The notes beneath the pieces are model-generated. The model did not search any database, was not told the DNA's origin, and saw only the letters and a program-made list of their open reading frames with translations. From assembly GCA_964527425.1 (NCBI GenBank), contig CAZGOA010000002.1, positions 73,346 to 137,345 on the forward strand: DNA of 64,000 bases. Direction: 5' to 3'. This DNA is from an uncultured Gammaproteobacteria bacterium (GTDB lineage Bacteria; Patescibacteriota; Microgenomatia; UBA10105; UBA927). Of this stretch, positions 45,296-55,906 are shown piece by piece. The translations under genes and the position numbers were made by a program. How positions within the stretch are numbered: position 1 is the stretch's first letter; each line of letters begins with the position of its first letter.

Positions 45296-48244
45296 TTATT
45301 GCCACGCTTCACAAATTAATCTAAACTCGCAAAAATCACATTGTCTCCCTGGTTTAGCAGGAAAATCACTATTTTTCATTTCTTCAGCCGTTTGAATTAT
45401 TTTGTCTTTCGCAGTTTGTAGTTGATCGGCCGTTCTTGTCCCAGAAATTTTTTCTTGGTTTTCCAAAAAATAAAATGAAACAATAACATCTTCAGGTCTA
45501 TAATTATAAATACCCTCGCTTGTAGCTGCCATTGCATAGACAGAAAGTTGCAAATCATTTTTTACATTTTTTTTAACCCTCGTTGACTGACCAGTTTTAT
45601 AATCAATAATTTCGATTTTCTTATCTGGTAAAACGTCTACCCTATCTACTTTCCCTCCGATAGTTAACATTGGTGTTATTTTTAACTTAAATGATTCTTC
45701 AAGTTTTTTAGGAATTTTCCCGGGAACATACCCAGAACGATAAAATTCACTCAAGAGCTTTTCTCCATGTGCCTTCATCTTTGATTCATACGTTTTATTC
45801 CCATATCCAACAGATTTCCATTTTTCTGCATATTTTGTTAATAATTCTTCTTGACTGGGATGTTTGCCATCTTGAACTATTTTATAAAACGCTTCCAATG
45901 TTCTATGAATGGTATCTCCAAATGTCAATGCTGCTGATGGAGGAACAGGTATTTTTATAATATATCGATACTTATACTGTAGAGGACAAGTTAAAAACGT
46001 TTCTATTTGTGAATACGACAAATACGTAAGTTTGTTGAGTTGACTTTCTTTCATACGTTTATGAACTACTGTTTCTTTGGGTGCCCATTCCAGTAAAGAT
46101 AATTGTTTTGTATCTCCAACTGGTTGTGCTTTTGCTACTTCAATAGCTTCCAGTCCTATTGATTCTGCTATAAATGGTGATAATTTCTTTTCCCTCTTTC
46201 CATCACCATAATATTTAGCCGCAGTAAAATATAACTGATCACGAGCTCTTGTCATGGCAACATAAAATAGTCTACGTTCTTCCTGTAAGTGATAATCACC
46301 TGTAGGTAATATTTCAGTAACTAATTCTCTAGGAATAGGAATTTGTTCTTTTCTTTCTGTCGAAGGAAATCGTGCGTCAACTAAATTTACTAAAAATACA
46401 TAAGGAAACTCTAATCCCTTAGATGAATGAACAGTTAATATATTCACAGCATTATGCTGATTCCAGTCATTATTACTTGCGAGCGGTGATTCACCAAGCT
46501 CTAAAGATAAATTAAGCCAATCAACTACAGCAAATACACTTGATTCTTCATGTTCTGCTTCATAGGTTTTTAATCTATCAAAAAATTTAGCGATATTGAG
46601 TGCTTTTTGTTCGTCGCGTTCGTTTTTATACTGTGTTAACTGAGTTAACATCCCTGTTTCTTCAAGAAAATAATATAAAATTTGACCAGCCGTCTCTTTA
46701 CGAATTAAACCTAAGTGTTTTTCTATCATTTGTGTTAAACGCACAATCTTCTCTTTACTTGTTGTATTGAGTAGACGAACGACTTCCTTTTCCTGTTGTT
46801 TACTTGTGGAAGGATTCACAATTAACTGACATACGTCAAATAAAGTCATACCCTGTCTTTTCGCAAAAGCAACAATGATCGCTATGTCTTTAGGATCTAT
46901 ATCTAACCAATTCATAGTAAGTATCCGATAAAATGCAACGGTTTCATCAACTTGAGATAAAACAGTAAGATATGAAATGAGATCTTTTACCTCTGGTTGC
47001 CGCAGTAGTTGTCCGGGTCCTAAAAATTGATATGGTATACTATGCCGTTCTAATGCGCGAGTAAAAGGTAATGCATGATTGTTGGCGCGAACCAAAATAG
47101 CAATATCTTTCCACAATAGAGAAGTGTTTGAGGTAGTTATTTGAATTATTTCTTTTGCAATTGCCTCAGCTTCATTTTCAACTCTATCTGCATAAATAAG
47201 TTTTACATTCTCCCCATTCACTCTTCTCATGCTTTCTAATCGTTTATCTATGTTTTCTGTTATCTCTAAACGATCAGGATTATTATATTGAATCAAATCG
47301 TAAGATCTATCTAAAATCTCTTTCGTTGAACGATAATTTTTTGTAAGTACTACGGTTTTTGTTTCTGGAAAGTGTGTCCGAAATTGAATCATGTTTGAAA
47401 TTGCAGCACCTCTCCATCTATAAATTGCCTGATCATCATCTCCAACAACAGTAATATTTTTACGTTTTCCTGCCAGTGTAATTGCTAGTATATTTTGAGC
47501 ATAATTTGTGTCCTGAAATTCATCAATCAATATATATGTAAATTGTTCTTGATATCTCTTTAAAACATTAGGGCGCTCTCTAAACAGCTTCAGTGAATAT
47601 GATATAAGATCCGCATAATCAAACATTCCTTCTTTTAATTTCATTTGCTCATACAAAACAAACGCATTTGCTAATTCTTTATATTTTTCCAGTTCTTCTT
47701 TTTCTCCTTGAATATCTAACTGTTCATTCTTTATTTTTTTTTCAATCCAATGCACATATTGTTCAGGTGTAACATCCTCATCTTTAAGCCTAGAAAAATG
47801 ATTAATCATACCATCAATAAACTTATTTGGATTTCCTAAAGGACGAAAGTAATTTAGATTAAATTTAAATAAATGAGTACGGAAAAAAAGAATTGTTTCA
47901 GCTTCATTCATTAACCGATACCCAGGGTTTATACCAATATGAACTCCTTCTTGTTTTAATAGTCGGTCACAAAAAGCATGAAACGTAGAAATCCACATTT
48001 GTGTTATTCCATAGGGCATGGCTTGATCTACTCGTTCTTCCATTTCTCTACTCGCTTTTTCTGTAAAGGTAAGAGCAAGAATTTCTGAAGGAGTAGCAAG
48101 CTTAGCACTTATTAAATGTTTTATACGTTCGGTAACAACAGTAGTCTTACCAGTTCCAGCACCAGCAACAATCAATAACGGACCTTCTCCAAACGTAATT
48201 GCAGCGATTTGTTCTTCATTAAATTTATTGTTTAGTGATTTCAT
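45296..48244 (-). CDS. UvrD-like helicase fused to a PD-(D/E)XK nuclease with 4-Cys motif (AdnAB/AddAB-like)
   Basis: VAGAGTGKT, IDEFQDTN, TVHSSKGLEF, EERRLFYVAMTRA; C-terminal LSYSQI..F.TCP, GKVDRVD, IIDYKTG, QL..Y, CDFC.....C. Confidence 0.93.
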   Translation of the reverse strand: MKSLNNKFNEEQIAAITFGEGPLLIVAGAGTGKTTVVTERIKHLISAKLATPSEILALTFTEKASREMEERVDQAMPYGITQMWISTFHAFCDRLLKQEGVHIGINPGYRLMNEAETILFFRTHLFKFNLNYFRPLGNPNKFIDGMINHFSRLKDEDVTPEQYVHWIEKKIKNEQLDIQGEKEELEKYKELANAFVLYEQMKLKEGMFDYADLISYSLKLFRERPNVLKRYQEQFTYILIDEFQDTNYAQNILAITLAGKRKNITVVGDDDQAIYRWRGAAISNMIQFRTHFPETKTVVLTKNYRSTKEILDRSYDLIQYNNPDRLEITENIDKRLESMRRVNGENVKLIYADRVENEAEAIAKEIIQITTSNTSLLWKDIAILVRANNHALPFTRALERHSIPYQFLGPGQLLRQPEVKDLISYLTVLSQVDETVAFYRILTMNWLDIDPKDIAIIVAFAKRQGMTLFDVCQLIVNPSTSKQQEKEVVRLLNTTSKEKIVRLTQMIEKHLGLIRKETAGQILYYFLEETGMLTQLTQYKNERDEQKALNIAKFFDRLKTYEAEHEESSVFAVVDWLNLSLELGESPLASNNDWNQHNAVNILTVHSSKGLEFPYVFLVNLVDARFPSTERKEQIPIPRELVTEILPTGDYHLQEERRLFYVAMTRARDQLYFTAAKYYGDGKREKKLSPFIAESIGLEAIEVAKAQPVGDTKQLSLLEWAPKETVVHKRMKESQLNKLTYLSYSQIETFLTCPLQYKYRYIIKIPVPPSAALTFGDTIHRTLEAFYKIVQDGKHPSQEELLTKYAEKWKSVGYGNKTYESKMKAHGEKLLSEFYRSGYVPGKIPKKLEESFKLKITPMLTIGGKVDRVDVLPDKKIEIIDYKTGQSTRVKKNVKNDLQLSVYAMAATSEGIYNYRPEDVIVSFYFLENQEKISGTRTADQLQTAKDKIIQTAEEMKNSDFPAKPGRQCDFCEFRLICEAWQ

Positions 48245-48254
48245 GACGTAGACC

Positions 48255-48264
48255 GATTATAATC
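48255..48264. promoter_or_regulatory. Palindromic bidirectional -10 element GATTATAATC
   Basis: TATAAT on both strands within a 32-bp gap between divergent genes. Confidence 0.55.
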
Positions 48265-48276
48265 TTCTTATACCAT

Positions 48277-48822
48277 ATGAACCAACCATTATCTTTACAT
48301 GATATAAACCAAGATATTCGAGACAAAGTAAACTCTCAAGAATATCAAAAACAACACATTGAAGGTGTAGAAATCTTTCATTTACACAAACATCTTACTG
48401 AGGATGGATCATTTACTGAAATATTAAGAATTAACGATTCAGGTGCATTAGCACTAGTACCTGATATGAAGATAGCCCAGATTAATAGATCTATTATGCT
48501 TCCTTCTTCTGTTAAAGCATGGCATTTACATTTCAATCAAGATGAAGTCTGGAATGTTAGTGGTGATTCACACTTACTACTTGGATTGTGGGACGTAAGA
48601 GAACATTCAACAACAAAAAATGTTTCTGTAAAAATTCCTTTAGATTCAACCACACTCGTATATATTCCCAGAGGTGTAGCTCACGGTGCTGCAAATATTA
48701 GTGGCAATAACGCAGAAATTCTGTATTTTGTTTCTAATCAATATAATCCAGAACAACTTGATGAAAAAAGACTTCCGTGGGACAGCTTAGGGAAAGACTT
48801 CTGGGAAGCAAAAAAAGAATAG
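48277..48822 (+). CDS. dTDP-4-dehydrorhamnose 3,5-epimerase-like cupin (RmlC family)
   Basis: IEGV, DGSFTE, QINRS, VKAWHLH, D.R..S.T, YIPRGVAHG. Confidence 0.85.
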   Translation: MNQPLSLHDINQDIRDKVNSQEYQKQHIEGVEIFHLHKHLTEDGSFTEILRINDSGALALVPDMKIAQINRSIMLPSSVKAWHLHFNQDEVWNVSGDSHLLLGLWDVREHSTTKNVSVKIPLDSTTLVYIPRGVAHGAANISGNNAEILYFVSNQYNPEQLDEKRLPWDSLGKDFWEAKKE

Positions 48823-48823
48823 G

Positions 48824-49825
48824 TTATTTTTCTCCATCAGTTAATTGATTTGTTTTACTCAATTTTTGACCAATCTGTTCTATAGTCTGTGAAACAGTAG
48901 ATGTATTATTATACGCGTTCGTAACATGTTTCGTTAATGTAAAATATTGTTCCGTAAGTTTTACATAATCACCGGAAATAGCTCGTAACAACTTAATAAC
49001 ATCCTGAGTTTTCTTTTCAATTTCTTTTCCTTGAAAACTAACAAGTAATACTTGAAGGTGTGCATATAATGTATTTGGTGACACTGGATATATCCTGTGT
49101 TTTCTTGCTGTTGTCATTAAACTTGGATCAGTAACGATTTCGTAATACACCGCTTCTGAGGGAATATACATGAGAGCAAAATCGAGTGTTCCTTCATCAG
49201 GTAAAATGTATTTATTAGCAATATCTGTTACATGTTTTTTTACGTCACTTGCAAATTCTTTCTTTGCCCGCATCCTCTCAGCTTCTAATTCTGCGGAATG
49301 CATTGCAATATAATTTGACATTGGAAATTTAGCATCAATAGGGAGTATACCAGCATCTGTTTTTATAGCAGCATCAACTTTTACTCCAGTCTTAAAGGCA
49401 TATTGTAAGTGAAACGATTGTTTAGGAAATAATTGTGCAATCATATCAGCCAATACTTCTTCACCTAAACCACCACGTAGCTTAGGGGATTGTAGAAAAG
49501 CCTGAAGATCTTTAATACCACGACCCACTTCAGATAATTCACCCATATTTTTTTTGAGTTCGCCAATAACATGAGCGGCTGAATCTAATCGTTCATTTAA
49601 TTGTTTAGAGTTAGTTACTAATACACGATTTGTCTCAGCTGTAGAACCACGAAGAGTACTTTGTAGAGCTTCATTAGTTCGATCGAGAGAAGTCTGCATT
49701 GTTTTAAGCCATTCAACTAATGCAGCTTGATCATTTCCTTGTGATTGTTTTCTACTAACTAAATAACCAATTATTGCAAAACCAATAAGGATACCAGAAA
49801 GAAGAATAAGGGTATCTGCTTGCAT
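48824..49825 (-). CDS. rmuC: DNA recombination protein RmuC
   Basis: TM plus coiled coil, PKLRGGLGE, PIDAKFP, KYI.P..T.DFALMYIPSE, SPNTL. Confidence 0.92.
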   Translation of the reverse strand: MQADTLILLSGILIGFAIIGYLVSRKQSQGNDQAALVEWLKTMQTSLDRTNEALQSTLRGSTAETNRVLVTNSKQLNERLDSAAHVIGELKKNMGELSEVGRGIKDLQAFLQSPKLRGGLGEEVLADMIAQLFPKQSFHLQYAFKTGVKVDAAIKTDAGILPIDAKFPMSNYIAMHSAELEAERMRAKKEFASDVKKHVTDIANKYILPDEGTLDFALMYIPSEAVYYEIVTDPSLMTTARKHRIYPVSPNTLYAHLQVLLVSFQGKEIEKKTQDVIKLLRAISGDYVKLTEQYFTLTKHVTNAYNNTSTVSQTIEQIGQKLSKTNQLTDGEK

Positions 49826-49911
49826 ATAGGTACTATACCACGAAGATCAAGTTAAACTGCAAAATAGTACTCCACAAATTCTTGATATATACTGATACTA
49901 TCGTTATTCTT

Positions 49912-50259
49912 ATGAATCCTATAATACCAAGACATCAGTTTTACAAATTCACCTTCAATCTAAACTCATTTTTAGCTGGATTTATTGGATTATCGATTTC
50001 AGCTTGGTATTTCAATACCATTTCACCAAAACAGGGGAGTGTAATCATTCTGTTAGGAATTACTTTAATCGCATTTACCGTATGGACAATATTATTTTCG
50101 TTTCTAAATAATGTGCGACGTTCATCGCTCCTTACTCTCGGTGTTGCTCTTTTTTTAAGTCTCAGAGTTCTCAAGTTGTATGACATTTTATATTACTTAA
50201 TCATGTTTGCTTTTTTAATTACCTTGAATTTTGCATTAAGAAAACAACGGACGTTTTAA
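49912..50259 (+). CDS. Small multi-TM hypothetical membrane protein
   Basis: Hydrophobic ORF filling the gap before metG. Confidence 0.6.
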   Translation: MNPIIPRHQFYKFTFNLNSFLAGFIGLSISAWYFNTISPKQGSVIILLGITLIAFTVWTILFSFLNNVRRSSLLTLGVALFLSLRVLKLYDILYYLIMFAFLITLNFALRKQRTF

Positions 50260-50301
50260 TCACTCCTTATCACAATTCTCTTTTTACTGTAAAATCGCTC
50301 T

Positions 50302-51735
50302 ATGTTAAATAAATTCTATATTACGACAGCTATTCCATATGTGAACGCAAAACCTCATATTGGTCATGCACTAGAGTTTGTTCAGGCCGATACCATAGCT
50401 CGATATCAAAAATTATTAGGAAAAGAGGTAACCCTTCTCTCAGGAGGGGATGAAAACGCTCTAAAGAATGTACAGGCTGCTGAAACAGTTGGTAAAGATG
50501 TCCAGACTTTTATAGACGAAAATAGTCAAAGTTTTAAGGAACTCGCAGTTAAACTATCAGTACAATTTGACATTTTCCAAAAAGGTTCTGATAAAAAACA
50601 TCACTACCCTTCAAGTCAAAAATTATGGCAATTATGCGATAAAGCTGGTGATATATACAAAAAATCATACGAAGGTTTGTATTGTTTAGGCTGTGAAGCT
50701 TTTTATACAGAAGATGAATTAAACGAGAATGGGGAATGCTTCGAACACCCTGGTAAAAAACTACAAATGATTAAAGAAGAAAATTATTTTTTTAAACTCA
50801 AAAAATATGAATCAGAAATTGTACGACGTCTTGAATCAAAGGAAATCAACATTATTCCAGAGTTCAGAAAAAACGAAGTATTATCGTTTCTTAAACAAGG
50901 ACTTCAAGACATAAGTATTTCAAGGTCTAATGAACGAGCAAAAAATTGGGGTGTCCCAGTACCAGATGATCCAAATCAAAGAATTTATGTTTGGTTTGAC
51001 GCGCTGAATATATACCAAAGTGGCATTGGGTTTGGATGGGATGAATCTTCCTATAATAAATGGTGGCCAGCAGATGTTCATGTAATTGGGAAAGGAATAT
51101 CCAGATTTCATGCAGTATATTGGATAGCTTTTTTATTATCAGCTCAGCTTGAATTACCTCGTTCAATTTTTATTCATGGATATTTTACCGTAAATGGACA
51201 AAAAATGAGCAAAACCCTCGGAAATGTCATCGATCCCCTCCTTCTCATTAATTACTATGGGATAGATCCTCTGCGCTATTATTTTCTTCGTGAAATCCCC
51301 GCATATAATGACGGTGATTTCACAGAGGACAGACTGAAAGAAATTTATAATGCAGATCTGGCAAATGGATTAGGTAATCTTGTATCTAGAATTGCAAAAT
51401 TAGCATCTACTATTTCTGTACCCTACTCTTCTATTGAATTTGAAGCTATCCAACCATCTGAATATAAAAAAGCCATGCAAGAATTTCGTTTTCATGATGC
51501 GTTAATAATCATCTGGAAACAGATTAAAGAACTAGATATCTATGTTAACAACAAGGAACCGTGGAAACTTAAAGGAAAAGATTTTGAAACAGTCATTATC
51601 CATTGTGTAACTCAAATTCGAATTATTGCAGTACTTTTACAACCATTTCTGCCAAATACAGCAGAGGCCATACTAAAACAATATAATTCTGAAAATATAC
51701 AGCCTAATACTCCCCTCTTTCCGAGGTTAACGTAA
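50302..51735 (+). CDS. metG: Methionine--tRNA ligase (short form)
   Basis: ITTAIPYVNAKPHIGH, YVWFDAL, KMSKT. Confidence 0.96.
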   Translation: MLNKFYITTAIPYVNAKPHIGHALEFVQADTIARYQKLLGKEVTLLSGGDENALKNVQAAETVGKDVQTFIDENSQSFKELAVKLSVQFDIFQKGSDKKHHYPSSQKLWQLCDKAGDIYKKSYEGLYCLGCEAFYTEDELNENGECFEHPGKKLQMIKEENYFFKLKKYESEIVRRLESKEINIIPEFRKNEVLSFLKQGLQDISISRSNERAKNWGVPVPDDPNQRIYVWFDALNIYQSGIGFGWDESSYNKWWPADVHVIGKGISRFHAVYWIAFLLSAQLELPRSIFIHGYFTVNGQKMSKTLGNVIDPLLLINYYGIDPLRYYFLREIPAYNDGDFTEDRLKEIYNADLANGLGNLVSRIAKLASTISVPYSSIEFEAIQPSEYKKAMQEFRFHDALIIIWKQIKELDIYVNNKEPWKLKGKDFETVIIHCVTQIRIIAVLLQPFLPNTAEAILKQYNSENIQPNTPLFPRLT

Positions 51736-51736
51736 T

Positions 51737-52507
51737 ATGTTTATTGATACTCATTGTCATTTAACATTTCCTGAATTTGACATAGATAGAAATGAACTCA
51801 TAGGAAATGCAAAAAAAGCAAAAGTTAAATATTTTATAGTTCCAGGTATAGATCTCCTTTCATCAAAACAATCTATCGAACTAGCAATGAAACATCCTTC
51901 CTGTATTCGATCATCGATAGGATTTCATCCGTATGAAGCTCAAGACAATCCAGATAGCACAAAACTTCAGCCACTCATAAATGAATTTGTCGTAGCAATT
52001 GGTGAATGCGGATTAGATTACCACATGTATAAAGGGGAAGAAGCAATAAGCAAAAAAACAAATCAAATACGAATATTCAGAGATCAAATTGAAATAGCTA
52101 TAGCTCATTCTTTACCGCTTATTATGCATTGTAGAGATGCATTTGATGATTTTTTTGATACATTGGATAACTATGCAGGACAAATAACTGGTGTAATTCA
52201 TTGTTTTTCTGGGGGCTTACAAGATATACGAGCTGCTCTATCAAGAAATTTATATATGGGAATAGATGGTAACCTTACCTATTCTAAATATCTACAAGAA
52301 ATAGTACCTTCTATACCATTACCATCACTCCTACTTGAAACTGATAGTCCCTATTTAACTCCCCTACCAAATAGAGGTAAACGCAATGAACCAAAATATC
52401 TAACCTACACTGCAAAAAAAGCTGCTACTTTATTCAATGTTTCTGTAAACGAAATCGCACTTCAAACGACAGCGAATGCAAAAAATCTCTTTCATCTTCC
52501 CATATAA
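51737..52507 (+). CDS. tatD: TatD-family DNase
   Basis: IDTHCHL, GFHP, IGECGLDY, HCR, IHCF, LETDSP. Confidence 0.93.
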   Translation: MFIDTHCHLTFPEFDIDRNELIGNAKKAKVKYFIVPGIDLLSSKQSIELAMKHPSCIRSSIGFHPYEAQDNPDSTKLQPLINEFVVAIGECGLDYHMYKGEEAISKKTNQIRIFRDQIEIAIAHSLPLIMHCRDAFDDFFDTLDNYAGQITGVIHCFSGGLQDIRAALSRNLYMGIDGNLTYSKYLQEIVPSIPLPSLLLETDSPYLTPLPNRGKRNEPKYLTYTAKKAATLFNVSVNEIALQTTANAKNLFHLPI

Positions 52508-52631
52508 ATAGGTATTCCCTCTACTTTCAACCACAAAATACAGGTATGATAATACTATCTCTGTTATACTTACAACCTGATGCAGCTACAAAGTAATTGA
52601 TGATTGTTAATCATTGTAAAATAGTAACCTT

Positions 52632-54113
52632 ATGCGAAGAATTGTTACAAGATATCCAGAAAAAACAAGACGATTAATAGAAATTCTTATTCCTTTAACT
52701 TCATGGATTATTATTACAATGCCATTTTGGCTTTCTTTTTGGAATCCTGTTGCTATGGGATACATATTAATCACTTTCAACGTTTATTGGTTTTATAAAT
52801 CATTAACACTCGCGATTAGTGCCATTAAGTCCTTTATAACTTTACAGGCTCATATTAAAGTTGATTGGTTAGCTCAAATCAAACATCACCCCGATTTTAA
52901 TAAAATACATCACATAATTATTATTCCCGAATATAAAGAACCAATTCACATACTAAAAAGAACAATAGAAAATTTATTAACTACAGATTTTCCTAAAGAA
53001 AAAATCACTTTAGTATTGGCAACAGAAAGCAAAGATACTGAAGCAACAGAAACTGGAAATGTTCTTTCTCATGTATTCAAAGATAAGGTCGGTCATTTTC
53101 TTATTACTACCCACACACTATTACCCGGTGAAGTAGCAGGAAAATCATCTAATATGGCAGCCGCAGCAGAAATCATAGAAAAAAAACTGGAAGAATGGAA
53201 TATTCCGATCGAATGGACTACAGTCACATCTTGTGACGCCGATGCACTAATTCATCCAAAATATTTATCTTGTGTTACACAGAAATTTCTCACAAATAAA
53301 GACAAATTCGAAACATTTTATCAAGGTGCCATAATGTTTTATTCAAACATTTGGCGGATACCTCTCCCTAATCGTTTTCTAAATATTCTCAATAGTATCT
53401 GGAATTTAGCATCACTATCACAACCTTCAAGACTCATTAATTTTTCAACCTATACTCTCCCTTTTAAAACAGCTAAAGATGCTGGATATTGGGGTAAAGA
53501 TGTTATACCAGAAGATTACCATATGTTTTTTAGAGTATATTTTAATAAGGGTGAGAAAGTTAAAACTCAGCCTATTTTTTTACCAATACTTGTTGATGCT
53601 GCCGAAAGCAAGGGATTTTTTAGAACTATGGTAAATCAGTACGAACAATCTAAACGTTGGGCATGGGGAGTTTCCGATATACCTTTTGTAGTGAAAGGTA
53701 TGATTATACATTCAAACATTGCTTTGATAGATAGAGTTATTCGCTTGTTAAAATTACTTGAACATCATATTTTCTGGCCAGCTAACTGGTTTTTACTAAC
53801 TATAGGAGGAATCGTGCCGGGATTGGTAAATCCAAACTTTGCAAGAACAAGTTTCGGATTTCAACTTGCCCAGTTATCTTCAGGAATATTAACACTTTCT
53901 ACAATTGTACTTTTGGTTGTCTTTTATATAGATTGGAAATTAAAACCACCAAAACCTGAACATATACGGAATTGGACGCTACCGTTTTTATATTTACAGT
54001 GGTTTACTCTTCCTATTATTTCATTTTTCCTTGCAGCTCTCCCTGGGTTGGATGCACATACTCGTTTGCTTTTAGGTAAACGACTAGAGTATCGAGTAAC
54101 AGAAAAGGTATAA
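52632..54113 (+). CDS. Membrane-bound GT2 glycosyltransferase with processive-type motifs
   Basis: GKSSN, CDAD (DxD), PED, QSKRW (QxxRW), flanking TMs. Confidence 0.88.
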   Translation: MRRIVTRYPEKTRRLIEILIPLTSWIIITMPFWLSFWNPVAMGYILITFNVYWFYKSLTLAISAIKSFITLQAHIKVDWLAQIKHHPDFNKIHHIIIIPEYKEPIHILKRTIENLLTTDFPKEKITLVLATESKDTEATETGNVLSHVFKDKVGHFLITTHTLLPGEVAGKSSNMAAAAEIIEKKLEEWNIPIEWTTVTSCDADALIHPKYLSCVTQKFLTNKDKFETFYQGAIMFYSNIWRIPLPNRFLNILNSIWNLASLSQPSRLINFSTYTLPFKTAKDAGYWGKDVIPEDYHMFFRVYFNKGEKVKTQPIFLPILVDAAESKGFFRTMVNQYEQSKRWAWGVSDIPFVVKGMIIHSNIALIDRVIRLLKLLEHHIFWPANWFLLTIGGIVPGLVNPNFARTSFGFQLAQLSSGILTLSTIVLLVVFYIDWKLKPPKPEHIRNWTLPFLYLQWFTLPIISFFLAALPGLDAHTRLLLGKRLEYRVTEKV

Positions 54114-54142
54114 TACAATTGAATCAGTATTAATTTTCAACT

Positions 54143-55516
54143 ATGTTAGATTTTATTATTAATCACTCTCCAATTTATTACTTAGTACAAAGCTTATGGA
54201 GAGATGAAGCATTTTCAGTGTTAATTGCAGAGCGTCCGATTGCTTCATTCCTTGGCTCCTTAAATTTTGAGCCACCAATTTATTATGTTCTCCTTCATAT
54301 TTGGGTAAGAATATTCGGAACCAGTGAAATTTCAGTACGTTCACTTTCGTTTGTGGGATTTGTTTTAGCTACAATTGTTGTAATTTTTTGGGCTGAACAG
54401 TTATTTAAAAAACATTGGTTGTCATGGATGACACCGGTGCTTTTTTTCTTTAATCCCATGTTACTGTATTACGCCTTTGAGGTAAGAGCCTATGGGTGGT
54501 TTATGTTTTTTTCAACACTTTCTCTGTTTGCCTATACATCAAAAAAATATAAGTTATTGTTTATTGCAAATGTTTTAGCCTTTTACACCCACTCCTATGC
54601 TATTTTTATTCCTTTTGTGCAATTAGCCCATTATCTTATGATAAATGTAAAAACAAAACACTTTTTTACATTTAAACAACTCTATACTAGTCCAATTATT
54701 AGAATGCTGATTGGATATTCGCTAGTCATCGCTCCATGGACCTTTGTTATTGCTCAAGAAGCTTTAAAAGGTAGACCAACATGGTATTATCCAGTAGATC
54801 TTCAGTTAGTATTTGCAGTATTAGGAAATATGTTTGTAGGGTACGATGGCACACCGGGAGGAATGTGGAAATATACCTCAATTCTATCAGTATTGTTACT
54901 TATACTTTTTTTAATAGGAATCAGGCAAAAACAATATCGATTTAATACTTCTTATTTACTACTTGCTGTTCTATTACCACTTTGTATAGTCATTGGCGTA
55001 TCATTCCACAAACCCTTATTTGTAAATAGATATTTAATTTATGTCACAATCGCACAAGTTATACTTATTGCATATAGTATTTATCAAATGAACTCCAAAA
55101 TAATACAAAAGGGAATTCTGGTGGGTTTAATTATGTTATACCTTTTTGTAAATACTCAGTTCCCATTAAAAAAAGCCAAGTTAGATATCCGATCAACTTT
55201 ACAAATAGCAAATTCTTTACGAGGACCCAAAGACCTTTTATATGTTTCTAGTCCTCTCATTTTTTTCGAGGCAATCTACTATACAAAAGATCGTCAACAT
55301 GTATATCTATACAATCCAGAGAATAATACCTTCCCCTGGTATATAGGTGAAAGTGCGTTTGATGTAAAACAGATGACCAATGTGTATCCTGAATACCCCT
55401 CTAGAGCAGTTATTGTTGGAGAAGATAACTCTATAACAATTGCATATCGTACTACTCAAAACCCAATACCGATCACTGAAACTATACAGTCATCTCCTTC
55501 GGATTCAACACAATAA
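54143..55516 (+). CDS. GT-C fold glycosyltransferase (ArnT/PMT-like)
   Basis: SLWRDEA, PPIYY..LH.W...FG.SE...R, EVRAY, many TMs. Confidence 0.85.
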   Translation: MLDFIINHSPIYYLVQSLWRDEAFSVLIAERPIASFLGSLNFEPPIYYVLLHIWVRIFGTSEISVRSLSFVGFVLATIVVIFWAEQLFKKHWLSWMTPVLFFFNPMLLYYAFEVRAYGWFMFFSTLSLFAYTSKKYKLLFIANVLAFYTHSYAIFIPFVQLAHYLMINVKTKHFFTFKQLYTSPIIRMLIGYSLVIAPWTFVIAQEALKGRPTWYYPVDLQLVFAVLGNMFVGYDGTPGGMWKYTSILSVLLLILFLIGIRQKQYRFNTSYLLLAVLLPLCIVIGVSFHKPLFVNRYLIYVTIAQVILIAYSIYQMNSKIIQKGILVGLIMLYLFVNTQFPLKKAKLDIRSTLQIANSLRGPKDLLYVSSPLIFFEAIYYTKDRQHVYLYNPENNTFPWYIGESAFDVKQMTNVYPEYPSRAVIVGEDNSITIAYRTTQNPIPITETIQSSPSDSTQ

Positions 55517-55518
55517 CC

Positions 55519-55905
55519 ATGATTGCAAAAATCAAAAAAACGATTTCAGCAATAAGAAAACGAATAGAAATACTAACAACCTCACCAATTATGAGAGTAG
55601 TAGTGATACTTCCTCCTGTTTTAATTCTGATCATGACTATATTGATTGTTATGTATCTATCTCAATTGCCTCCCAAATTACCCTTCTTTTATTCACGACC
55701 ATGGGGAGAAGAACAATTAGTAAAACCGATATATCTCTTTATGCTTCCAATAAGTGCTCTTTTTTGGTATGTAAGTTCAATCTTGCTTATACATGTACAA
55801 ACATACCAATATAGAGTATTTGCTCAAATACTATTAATAGCACAAGCGATTTTATCAATCGCTATGATCTATGTTTTAATACGTATTATGCTGTTAGTAA
55901 CCTGA
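55519..55905 (+). CDS. Small membrane protein (DUF1648-like)
   Basis: LPPKLPFFYSRPWG between TMs. Confidence 0.6.
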   Translation: MIAKIKKTISAIRKRIEILTTSPIMRVVVILPPVLILIMTILIVMYLSQLPPKLPFFYSRPWGEEQLVKPIYLFMLPISALFWYVSSILLIHVQTYQYRVFAQILLIAQAILSIAMIYVLIRIMLLVT

Positions 55906-55906
55906 T

